Shown: positions 49,452 through 57,513 of the stretch, piece after piece
How positions within the stretch are numbered: the stretch's first letter is position 1
Layout: each line of letters begins with the position of its first letter
Assembly: GCA_949296475.1 (NCBI GenBank)
Contig: CASFOK010000002.1
Span: forward strand, 10,660 to 74,659
DNA: 64,000 bases
Source: an uncultured Pseudomonadota bacterium
GTDB lineage: Bacteria; Pseudomonadota; Alphaproteobacteria; Rs-D84
Direction of reading: 5' to 3'
The notes under the pieces: model-generated
What the model saw: the letters and a program-made list of their open reading frames with translations, nothing else
Told to the model about the DNA's origin: nothing
The model's database searches: none
Position numbers and translations under genes: made by a program

Positions 49452-50327
49452 TTATCTGATTCCGTGAATGATGTCCTCTAATTCCATCAAAAATTCCATA
49501 TCATAACCACGAGCCTTTAATCTTTGTAACATCAAATGCGCTGCATTGGCAACCCCTAAACTTTTGCAAATTTCAACAACCGTTACAATTTCATCACGAC
49601 TCATTTTATCCGTAGGCATTAACGCAACCGCCACCCCCAGCTCACGAACAGCAGCACGCATATATGCCGTCTTGTTATCGCAACAACCATATTCATATAA
49701 TATAGCATAATTTTTAGCGTTATTTAAAAACTCATCATAACTATATGCATTTATGTCTATATTTCTCATCAATCTGTTTTCAATGGTTTGACATATTTTT
49801 TCTTCTGAATATAAATATTCACTTGGATTTTTAGTTTCGTAATCAAGTGCTAACAATGCTTCTGCTATTACTTTCTTGCGAAGTGCCATATCAGCAAAAA
49901 ATTTAGAGTTTTCCGGACAACCCTTTTCTGCTAAAACTTCATAAATATGCGCCGAATTAAGTTGTTCATAAGGCCCATCCATTTCATCATCAACAACATT
50001 TTTCAACAATATATTTTCTATGACTTTACACGCTGGGACAACAGCAATATCTTTTGACTCGTCATTGTCTTTTGGTTCTGTAATTTCTGCATCAGCATCA
50101 CTATCAACCGTTTGCACAATTTCCGAGTTAATCTGGTCTGTTACGTTTTGTGCTTCTTGTACAATTTCTTGGTTTTCAACTTTATCAGATAAACCAAACA
50201 CACCGCGTTGATACATACCAAAAACAGTCAGCCCCGCAATCAGCAAACAAAAAATAATCCAAAACCATACCCTGCCCTTACGAACAACTTTTGTCTTTGA
50301 ATCAGTAATTTTGTTTTCTTTTACCAT
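49452..50327 (-). CDS. Hypothetical membrane-anchored protein with two Cys-bracketed helical modules (P291)
   Basis: TM segment VWFWIIFCLLIAGLTVFGMY, acidic linker, and modules CKVIENILL...YEVLAEKGC and CQTIENRLM...YAILYEYGC. Confidence 0.65.
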   Translation of the reverse strand: MVKENKITDSKTKVVRKGRVWFWIIFCLLIAGLTVFGMYQRGVFGLSDKVENQEIVQEAQNVTDQINSEIVQTVDSDADAEITEPKDNDESKDIAVVPACKVIENILLKNVVDDEMDGPYEQLNSAHIYEVLAEKGCPENSKFFADMALRKKVIAEALLALDYETKNPSEYLYSEEKICQTIENRLMRNIDINAYSYDEFLNNAKNYAILYEYGCCDNKTAYMRAAVRELGVAVALMPTDKMSRDEIVTVVEICKSLGVANAAHLMLQRLKARGYDMEFLMELEDIIHGIR

Positions 50328-50341
50328 TTTATTTCCTTTAA

Positions 50342-50593
50342 TTATTTAATTGGCGGAAAGCAACTGTCACCATTTTCAGGGCAACAGTTAAAACCTAGGT
50401 CCCCCATATCTGTAAAAACCTCGCCCGCGCAACAACCATTCTTATCCGGCGCGTTTCCGTCAGGGCAAACAACATCGCTTGTGTTTGTAAGAGAATTTTC
50501 AGCAACGTTTTGCCATAACAACGTTGCCCCCCAACCTATTACTATTCCCAACAACAAAAACAGTAAATACTTTTGCGAAACTGTTATTTTCAT
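50342..50593 (-). CDS. Hypothetical small membrane-anchored protein with a C-terminal 6-Cys domain (P83)
   Basis: TM segment YLLFLLLGIVIGWGATLLW, then CPDGNAPDKNGCCAGEVFTDMGDLGFNCCPENGDSCFPPIK. Confidence 0.6.
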   Translation of the reverse strand: MKITVSQKYLLFLLLGIVIGWGATLLWQNVAENSLTNTSDVVCPDGNAPDKNGCCAGEVFTDMGDLGFNCCPENGDSCFPPIK

Positions 50594-51270
50594 AATGCAT
50601 CACCCGTAGTTATCGGCGGATAACAATCACCGCCATCATCTGGACAACAAGCAAAAATTAAGTTACCCAAATCCTTGAACGTTTCACCCTGACAGCAACC
50701 AAAGCGATTAGGTTTACTTCCATCGGCGCAGAGACCCGCTTCTATATTTGCGGCGACCTGCTCTTCATCTACCTCGTCTATATCTTCGGAAACATCGGTT
50801 TCATTAACAGCACAATCTGCGTCATATTGATCCTGCAACATTGCTTTTTCTTCTGTGCTGCCGGTGGCTACCTCCATAGATTTTTGTAAATCTTTACAAT
50901 TTTGATTTTTCTTAGATAAATATTCATTTAACACTTCTGTTGCGGTTTTAACTTCTACGGTCTGAACATCTTCTGCTGGCTGGGCAACAGGAACGGGGGT
51001 AACAGTTGCCCGACCAGATGTCGAAGTTTTACGTCCGGCAATACTTTTAGAACAATCTTTACGATATCTTTCTTGCAAAGATTTTAATTCTGCAGATACA
51101 GAATCGTCAGGATTTTCAACTGCAGACAGTTCTGATATTTTTTGCTGCATAGTCGGGCAATCCATACGTTCTGCAACATTATTTGCAGTTGCAAAAGTCA
51201 TGCTTGCGTCAAACATTTGCAGACACATTAAAATCGCACCTATAAAAAGACAAATTTTCGCTTTATTCAT
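50590..51270 (-). CDS. Hypothetical secreted protein with two Cys-bracketed modules and a C-terminal 6-Cys domain (P226)
   Basis: Signal peptide MNKAKICLFIGAILMCLQMFDASMTFA and C-terminal CADGSKPNRFGCCQGETFKDLGNLIFACCPDDGGDCYPPI. ATGA overlap with P83. Confidence 0.65.
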   Translation of the reverse strand: MNKAKICLFIGAILMCLQMFDASMTFATANNVAERMDCPTMQQKISELSAVENPDDSVSAELKSLQERYRKDCSKSIAGRKTSTSGRATVTPVPVAQPAEDVQTVEVKTATEVLNEYLSKKNQNCKDLQKSMEVATGSTEEKAMLQDQYDADCAVNETDVSEDIDEVDEEQVAANIEAGLCADGSKPNRFGCCQGETFKDLGNLIFACCPDDGGDCYPPITTGDAL

Positions 51271-51946
51271 ATTTAACTTCTATCAGTTCAGAAGTTATAT
51301 CTAAATAATAAGGGTTTTCTTTTATCTTTTTTCTAAATACCTCGGCTTCTTCCGGCATATCTATTCTGTCATACAGATTCATAAATCTATTCAAATCTAA
51401 CTGTGATCTGCCGTCACCTATTGCATCCGCAATAGACATCTCTCTCACCGTCATAGACCTATACATTTCGGCGTTTTCTGCGCATCCCTTTTCATACAAA
51501 GTGGCATACGTATCCGCATTGTTCATATGTACAAAATAATCCATAGAATCTTCTGGTCTTAATCTTGTTTTCAACAATTGTTCTATACGAACGCAAGTTG
51601 ATAATATGTCATTTTGTTCAGAATTATTTTGTGCGACAGCGTCACGTTCAAATATGACAACGCGTCCCTGACATCCTTTTTCATACGCTTTATTTAAATC
51701 GCGCAATGTATCAATATTATCATCGTTAACGCCTGCAACGGTCAGGTTAAAAATTTCTTGTGCAACAGCTTCGCATTCTTGGGCGCCCATCATCATTTTT
51801 TTATCCGAAGTCTTAAAACCAAGTCCTACGAATAAACCACAGGCAAACAATCCTGCCAAAGCAATAACAGACAATATTTTATGCCTGTTGCTGCATTTAC
51901 AAACCGTATTTTCGTTACTTACAGCGTTTTTTGATAAAGATTTCAT
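51263..51946 (-). CDS. Hypothetical membrane-anchored protein with two Cys-bracketed helical modules (P227)
   Basis: TM segment ILSVIALAGLFACGLFVGLGF. Modules CEAVAQEIFNL...AYEKGC and CVRIEQLLK...YATLYEKGC. Paralogue of P204. Confidence 0.65.
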   Translation of the reverse strand: MKSLSKNAVSNENTVCKCSNRHKILSVIALAGLFACGLFVGLGFKTSDKKMMMGAQECEAVAQEIFNLTVAGVNDDNIDTLRDLNKAYEKGCQGRVVIFERDAVAQNNSEQNDILSTCVRIEQLLKTRLRPEDSMDYFVHMNNADTYATLYEKGCAENAEMYRSMTVREMSIADAIGDGRSQLDLNRFMNLYDRIDMPEEAEVFRKKIKENPYYLDITSELIEVKYE

Positions 51947-51967
51947 TTATCCCCCCTTGTTATATTC

Positions 51968-52582
51968 TTATTTTTCCAAAATATCGGAACTTTGTAAAGT
52001 GTTTAAAAATTGTTGCGTATCTTTATGCATATCGGATTCTATAAAAACCTTTAACACATATTGCACTTTTTGTTCATCATAACCTGGTTGTAATAATTTT
52101 GCGTTCATTTGTTCTTGCTGTGCAAGACCTACATAATATTCTGATTTCTCAGGACATCCTGCATACGCCAACTTATTATAAATCATTGAATTGTATACGT
52201 GTGCTACAAAATTAGGGCTGTCTTCTGGGAACAGTTTTTGCAACAAAATATCTTCTGTAATCTCGCAAGAATTTTTTTGTTTTTTTATATCATCATTATT
52301 AATAATGATTAACCTGCCGGCACAACCGTTTGAATAAGATTCATTTAATTGACGTAATTTATCCACATTATCTTGTGTTGCACCTGCTGTGGTAATATCA
52401 ATAATTTCTTGTGCAACAGCATCACATTCTTGAGGCGTTAATTTTTTAGAATTAAAAAAATCGCTGTTGTACATCAGTCCTAAAAATCCGCCTAAGCAAA
52501 ATAATAAAATCAAGGCCACAACGCAAAAGAATTTTTTCCAAAATCCCGTTTTTTTCTGTTCTTTTACTACAATTTGTTTCAT
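51968..52582 (-). CDS. Hypothetical membrane-anchored protein with two Cys-bracketed helical modules (P204)
   Basis: TM segment FWKKFFCVVALILLFCLGGFLGL. Modules CDAVAQEIIDI...SYSNGC and CEITEDILLQ...NKLAYAGC. Confidence 0.65.
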   Translation of the reverse strand: MKQIVVKEQKKTGFWKKFFCVVALILLFCLGGFLGLMYNSDFFNSKKLTPQECDAVAQEIIDITTAGATQDNVDKLRQLNESYSNGCAGRLIIINNDDIKKQKNSCEITEDILLQKLFPEDSPNFVAHVYNSMIYNKLAYAGCPEKSEYYVGLAQQEQMNAKLLQPGYDEQKVQYVLKVFIESDMHKDTQQFLNTLQSSDILEK

Positions 52583-52610
52583 TTTATTTTCCTACATTAT
52601 TTATTAAGGT

Positions 52611-53321
52611 TTATTTTATTATACCATTTTTTATAGTGATTTGTCTATCGGCACGTGCAGCCAAATTCATATCATGCGTTACAAACAACATTGCCATTTT
52701 GTTTTTACGAACTAAATCCATTAACAAATCAAATACAGTCAAAGCGTGTGCAGGATCCAAACTGCCTGTCGGTTCATCCGCCAGCAATATTTCGGGATTA
52801 TTCGCCAAAGCGCGCGCGACAGCGGTTCTTTGTTGTTCCCCCCCAGACATCTGCCCAGGCAAATGCGACGCCCTGTGAACAACGCTGGCCGCCTGCAGTA
52901 ATTTCATTGCGCGACTGTTTGCTGTATTTTCATCAACGCCGTTTGCCAACATTGGTAAAACGACGTTTTCAAGTGCTGTAAAATCTGATAATAAATTATG
53001 CCTTTGATAAACAAATCCTATTTTTCTTCTGCGCATTAAAGTGCGCATTTCATCATCCATTTTTTGTACGGGCGTTCCATCCAGCAATATGCTTCCCGAT
53101 GTGGGTTTATCCAACAATCCGACGCATTGTAACAGCGTTGATTTTCCACTGCCCGAAGGACCGACCAACGCAATGATTTCACCACGATGTAAATCAAAAC
53201 CGCCACCACGTAAAATATGCAACGGTTGCCCGCCTTCTATGAAGGTCTTTTTAATATCCCGCACAGACAAAACAATGTCAGCCTTGGATACTTTTGATAA
53301 AGAATTTAATATATTCGCCAT
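52611..53321 (-). CDS. lolD: Lipoprotein-releasing ABC transporter ATP-binding protein LolD
   Basis: Walker A GPSGSGKST, signature LSGGEQQR and Walker B LLADEPTG. Adjacent to the LolC/E permease gene. Confidence 0.88.
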   Translation of the reverse strand: MANILNSLSKVSKADIVLSVRDIKKTFIEGGQPLHILRGGGFDLHRGEIIALVGPSGSGKSTLLQCVGLLDKPTSGSILLDGTPVQKMDDEMRTLMRRRKIGFVYQRHNLLSDFTALENVVLPMLANGVDENTANSRAMKLLQAASVVHRASHLPGQMSGGEQQRTAVARALANNPEILLADEPTGSLDPAHALTVFDLLMDLVRKNKMAMLFVTHDMNLAARADRQITIKNGIIK

Positions 53322-53333
53322 TATTTTGTCCCT

Positions 53334-54587
53334 TTACTCGTTTCTTAAAACTTCCACAGGATCTGTGCTGGCCGCTTTCCACGCCGGATAAAGAGTAGCC
53401 AAAAACGCCAACACAATAGCTATAAACGCTATGCCGATAACAGTGCTTGGTACCAGTTTAGAAGGTAATTCCGATAAATAGTATAACTCTGCCGGGAACA
53501 AATCGCGACCGGTGGCCCATTGAAAGAACTGACGAATTGGCTCTATATATATAGCAATCAAAACGCCAAACAACGTTCCAAAAAACGCGCCTATTATACC
53601 GATACTGGTACCTGATAAAATGAATATTTTCATCATAGAACGTCGTGAAACGCCAAAAGTACGTAACACTGCAATATCTTTTGATTTATCTTTAACCAAC
53701 ATAACCAGGCTTGATACGATATTAAAAGCAGCCACAATAACTATCAGCATTAAAATCAAAAACATAACATTTGATTCAACCTGCAAAGCCCCGACAAAAC
53801 CGCGATTTAAATCCCGCCAATCGCGTACGACGAAACCGTCTGGCAGTAATCTTATCAAAGCATCACGCACTTCTTCTGTTTCTTCTGGGTCTTTTAAAAA
53901 TAAATCAATATGTGTAACTGCATTATCAATATTTAAATATTTTTGGGCTGTTTCTAGGGGCATAAATATATATCCCGAATCATATTCGTACATTCCCATA
54001 AAGAACGAAGACATTACTGGATACGCCATAATTCTTGGCATAGAACCAAAAGGTGTGGGCGTTGCACCATTTGCAGATACCAAAGATATATTATCACCCA
54101 TACCAACACGCAAAGCGCGCGTTAACGAAGCACCCGCGACTAATTCACCGTCTGTTATCTTATCCAACGGTTTTCCATAGATTTTCGTACCTGTCGCGGT
54201 TTTCGCCGCCAAATCAGACATTCTTATGCCGCGTATCATCGCCCCCGTATTATTACCATTTGCGGTTGCCATGACCTGCCCTTCGGCAATCGGAACAATA
54301 GACGTTGCGCTATCGGCAACGACTTTGTTTTGTTTCATTTTCTCTATCAAGAAATCGTAATCTGTGATTGCACCGTCTTGATAATAAACAACAACATGAC
54401 CATTCATGCCGACGATACGTGACAACAAAGTATCGTGAAATCCGCCCATTACTGACATGACGACAATCAGAGTTGCCACGCCCAAAGTTATACCTATCAA
54501 AGATACCCACGAAATAACAGAACCAAACCCACGTTTTTTTGCAGATAAATATCTAAAAGCTATTTTTCTTTCTAGTTTTGAAAACAT
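53334..54587 (-). CDS. Lipoprotein-releasing system permease, LolC/LolE family
   Basis: RYLSAKKRGFGSVISWVSLIGITLGVATLIVVMSVMGGF, a MacB-like periplasmic domain and a C-terminal FtsX domain. Confidence 0.88.
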   Translation of the reverse strand: MFSKLERKIAFRYLSAKKRGFGSVISWVSLIGITLGVATLIVVMSVMGGFHDTLLSRIVGMNGHVVVYYQDGAITDYDFLIEKMKQNKVVADSATSIVPIAEGQVMATANGNNTGAMIRGIRMSDLAAKTATGTKIYGKPLDKITDGELVAGASLTRALRVGMGDNISLVSANGATPTPFGSMPRIMAYPVMSSFFMGMYEYDSGYIFMPLETAQKYLNIDNAVTHIDLFLKDPEETEEVRDALIRLLPDGFVVRDWRDLNRGFVGALQVESNVMFLILMLIVIVAAFNIVSSLVMLVKDKSKDIAVLRTFGVSRRSMMKIFILSGTSIGIIGAFFGTLFGVLIAIYIEPIRQFFQWATGRDLFPAELYYLSELPSKLVPSTVIGIAFIAIVLAFLATLYPAWKAASTDPVEVLRNE

Positions 54588-54621
54588 ATATTATTCCTAT
54601 TTATATTTTTCTTAATACATT

Positions 54622-55950
54622 TTATTCACTCAAAAAATCGCGCAACGCATCACCAGCAAGCGGCATTTGTGAATTGCCTGACTTTTCTGCATCAACTATT
54701 GATATTATTCGCGGGGACATAAACACAACTAATTCCGCGAATGGGCTTATCAAAGTTTCCGGCGTGGTTACGAACGAGTGTGTTGGAATACCTATTATTA
54801 TATAATTATCGCCGATACTTGACGGGATATTAAACGAAGACAATTCACCGTTGCTTGTACGCAGTACTATCTTGGCATCAATCTTATCACGACCACCAAA
54901 GTCACCGTATTTTGCGGTCGCGCCTATAATCAAGTCAGTTTCCAACCTATCTTCTTTGCTACATTGCCCGATATCAAAACGTGACTGCCAACCATTAGGA
55001 ATGACAAAACGTCCTTGGGATATCAACACAACGTTTGCTTGCTGCGACAAGAATTCTTGCAGGGTCTTGGTATTAATTTCAGGACTTACCACTAGTGCGC
55101 GCCCCACGATTCCAGGAATTGACATTTTTATATTATTATCACCGAACGCCGGCAACAAGTTCATCCATATAATCGGGTTGTCTGTACGGGGATATACGCG
55201 GTATACATCAATATCCCACGCTAACATATATTTCTTTGACGCTATATCGGAAATTATTTTTGCAACTTCACGTTCTGTCTGATAATTCCCCTCAAAGACA
55301 ACTGTTTTATCTTGCCAATCAACCAACAAATTGCGCATATCGGCGCCATGCATAGCATCCAATAAAGCCATAACAATGTTTTCATCTTTTGGCATTTTTA
55401 CCATCCACTTTGCGCGATGGTTTAAGTGAATTTCACCGGCAGCCGCATCATAAGAATAATAAACCCGCCCCATTTTTGCCATCAATTCAACGGCATCAGA
55501 TAAACTGCCTGACGAAATAGAACCCGAAATTTTTTCTATTACTTCCTCATCTTCAACCACAGATATATCTGTACCATCCAACAACCTATCCAAAGCCTGT
55601 TTTACGGTTAACTGTTTAAAATCGTAATCAGAAACGTTTAATTCTGGTAAATCGTCACCTACCCCTAAACGCACGATTTCTATTTTTTCTTCTGGTACGA
55701 CCGATATTACAGTTTGGTTATCCCAATTCACCTCGCACCTTTTGGGTAAATCAATAGAAAATCTTCGCGCGGTATCTGTTGTTAACGCGGCTTTCTTAGG
55801 AAAGATAGGAACAGAATTTTCATCAATGACGAAGTTTTCTACTACATTGATGGTATCATATTGTTGTTGCTGCGTTTGCGCGGTTTGATTGGCGCAACTT
55901 GTTAAAAATCCCAACGCAATCAAAGCAAATAATTTTTTTAATATCATCAT
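54622..55950 (-). CDS. Hypothetical outer-membrane lipoprotein, secretin-like at the C-terminus (tentative)
   Basis: Lipobox ALGFLTSC. Central AWDIDVYRVYP and C-terminal ...NYIIIGIPTHS...AELVVFMSPRII resemble secretin C-domain strands (viGGl ... eLlifitPriv). The usual P.LG.IP.LG.LF motif is absent. Confidence 0.35.
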   Translation of the reverse strand: MMILKKLFALIALGFLTSCANQTAQTQQQQYDTINVVENFVIDENSVPIFPKKAALTTDTARRFSIDLPKRCEVNWDNQTVISVVPEEKIEIVRLGVGDDLPELNVSDYDFKQLTVKQALDRLLDGTDISVVEDEEVIEKISGSISSGSLSDAVELMAKMGRVYYSYDAAAGEIHLNHRAKWMVKMPKDENIVMALLDAMHGADMRNLLVDWQDKTVVFEGNYQTEREVAKIISDIASKKYMLAWDIDVYRVYPRTDNPIIWMNLLPAFGDNNIKMSIPGIVGRALVVSPEINTKTLQEFLSQQANVVLISQGRFVIPNGWQSRFDIGQCSKEDRLETDLIIGATAKYGDFGGRDKIDAKIVLRTSNGELSSFNIPSSIGDNYIIIGIPTHSFVTTPETLISPFAELVVFMSPRIISIVDAEKSGNSQMPLAGDALRDFLSE

Positions 55951-55986
55951 ACTTTCCTTTCTCTTCTTTTCGTTTATATCACGATA

Positions 55987-56313
55987 TCAAATATTCATAA
56001 CCCTTTCAAATTCTTCAAGAGTCATTTCATATATTGGTTTTTGTGTTGGTGTGGTTAAATTTTGAACTTTTTTATATCTTTCTTCAAATTTCTTTATTAC
56101 AGCAACCACTTCTGCGGGCACAGTAATAGACTTATCTGCCATTAATCTTCGTCCGTATTCATAAACGAACTCTAAGGTATCGGCTGCAAAAAAACGTCCT
56201 ACATAATTTTCCATAGCGATACCGCCTTTCTCAACGCAAATAGCAGACATCATCATTGCCATTTGATTATAAAAATTTGCCAACTTAATAAAGTTTTGAA
56301 CTGTTATTGCCAT
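55987..56313 (-). CDS. Hypothetical 108-aa cytoplasmic protein; first gene of the minus-strand block
   Basis: ORF with AGGA 8 nt upstream of the ATG at 56313. No recognisable motif. Confidence 0.5.
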   Translation of the reverse strand: MAITVQNFIKLANFYNQMAMMMSAICVEKGGIAMENYVGRFFAADTLEFVYEYGRRLMADKSITVPAEVVAVIKKFEERYKKVQNLTTPTQKPIYEMTLEEFERVMNI

Positions 56314-56339
56314 ATCTCTATCCTATTGCCCTTTTCCCT

Positions 56340-56369
56340 ATTATAAAAACTATTGCCCCCCAAAGGCAA
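56340..56369 (-). promoter_or_regulatory. Candidate sigma70-type promoter for the 56313-to-49452 block
   Basis: On the minus strand: TTGCCT (56369-56364), 18-nt spacer, TATAAT (56345-56340). Confidence 0.35.
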
Positions 56370-56381
56370 TTAAATTATAAT
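56353..56381 (+). promoter_or_regulatory. Candidate sigma70-type promoter for the 56389 lipoprotein gene; would give a leaderless or near-leaderless mRNA
   Basis: TTGCCC (56353-56358), 17-nt spacer, TATAAT (56376-56381). The ATG lies 7 nt after the -10 box and has no SD. Confidence 0.4.
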
Positions 56382-56388
56382 ACAAAAC

Positions 56389-56769
56389 ATGAGAATAAAA
56401 TATCTAGCAATATTATTAATATTATCTGCATGTGCATCTGCCAACCGGGGCAGTATTGACAACGCGACAATATTAAACTGGGAAAACGAATCCGTAACGA
56501 TGGAACAGTTTGTACGCGATCACAAGGCCTGTCTTGGTATTGATAAGCCTTCGTATATGCCCAAGTCACGTATTGCGAAATTAATAGCACCAAACCAAAG
56601 CGACATAATGCCTGACTGGGATGGTTTGTGGGTAACGTTTCAATCAAATGAATATAAAGACGTAGGTCAACGTTCTTTGTTATCTGTTCCCAGAAACACC
56701 ACATCAAAATCTGTTGGTGCATACCGTAAATGTATGTTTAGACGCGGTTATTTACTGCGTGCCAGTTAA
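56389..56769 (+). CDS. Hypothetical lipoprotein
   Basis: MRIKYLAILLILSAC lipobox; 126 aa. Confidence 0.6.
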   Translation: MRIKYLAILLILSACASANRGSIDNATILNWENESVTMEQFVRDHKACLGIDKPSYMPKSRIAKLIAPNQSDIMPDWDGLWVTFQSNEYKDVGQRSLLSVPRNTTSKSVGAYRKCMFRRGYLLRAS

Positions 56770-56820
56770 TTTTTAGTGTGTCACTTTTAAACCGCAATAA
56801 ATTGTGATATAATTCAATTC

Positions 56821-57501
56821 ATGAAACGAAATTTATGGTTTTGGCTATATTTTATATTCGCGATATTATTTGCGATATACTTTGCATCGCGAATTATAAT
56901 GACATATATGGGATACGGTAAAAACGCTTATATTCGTAACATATCCATAACAACCGATACATCAGGCAAAGATTTAACGGCACTTGCAGCGGCGGCGGCG
57001 GTTGCCCCCGGGACAAAGACTTTTGATATCAATCTGTCGGAAATAAATGAAAGAATAAACGCCGTTCCAGGCGTCAAGGAATCTGCCGTACACAGACGAC
57101 CGAACGGAAGCCTATCTGTAAAAGTAGAATTATACAAGGCTGTCGCGCTGTGGACAGACGGTGAAAATTATTTTCCGCTATCTGCCGATGGAACGATTGT
57201 AAACCAACCAAAAGCAGAACGTGACGAAGGCACTGTATTATTTCGTGGTTCTGTGCCAAACGACGTGTCCGATATAACCAAGGCCGCCCATAATTTACTA
57301 GCGGACCTAGATTATATGGAATGGGTTGAAAACCGTCGCTGGAACATACATACAACTGGGGGGATAACAATATTGTTACCAGAAAAAAATCCAACCGACG
57401 CGATTGGTGCATTAATTGTATTAAACAATAATCATAAAATATTATCAAAAAAAATAGAAATTCTTGATTTGCGTGACAGTGCCAGAATTTTAGTTAAATA
57501 A
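56821..57501 (+). CDS. ftsQ: Cell division protein FtsQ
   Basis: Short cytoplasmic tail, one TM segment, POTRA-like region (INERINAVPGVKESAVHRRPNGSLSVKVELYKAVALW). Lies immediately upstream of ftsA. Confidence 0.8.
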   Translation: MKRNLWFWLYFIFAILFAIYFASRIIMTYMGYGKNAYIRNISITTDTSGKDLTALAAAAAVAPGTKTFDINLSEINERINAVPGVKESAVHRRPNGSLSVKVELYKAVALWTDGENYFPLSADGTIVNQPKAERDEGTVLFRGSVPNDVSDITKAAHNLLADLDYMEWVENRRWNIHTTGGITILLPEKNPTDAIGALIVLNNNHKILSKKIEILDLRDSARILVK

Positions 57502-57513
57502 CGATATACAAAT

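Noticed and set aside
53620-54180. 186-aa ORF on the plus strand
   Set aside because: It is antisense to the LolC/E permease gene, so it is a shadow ORF.
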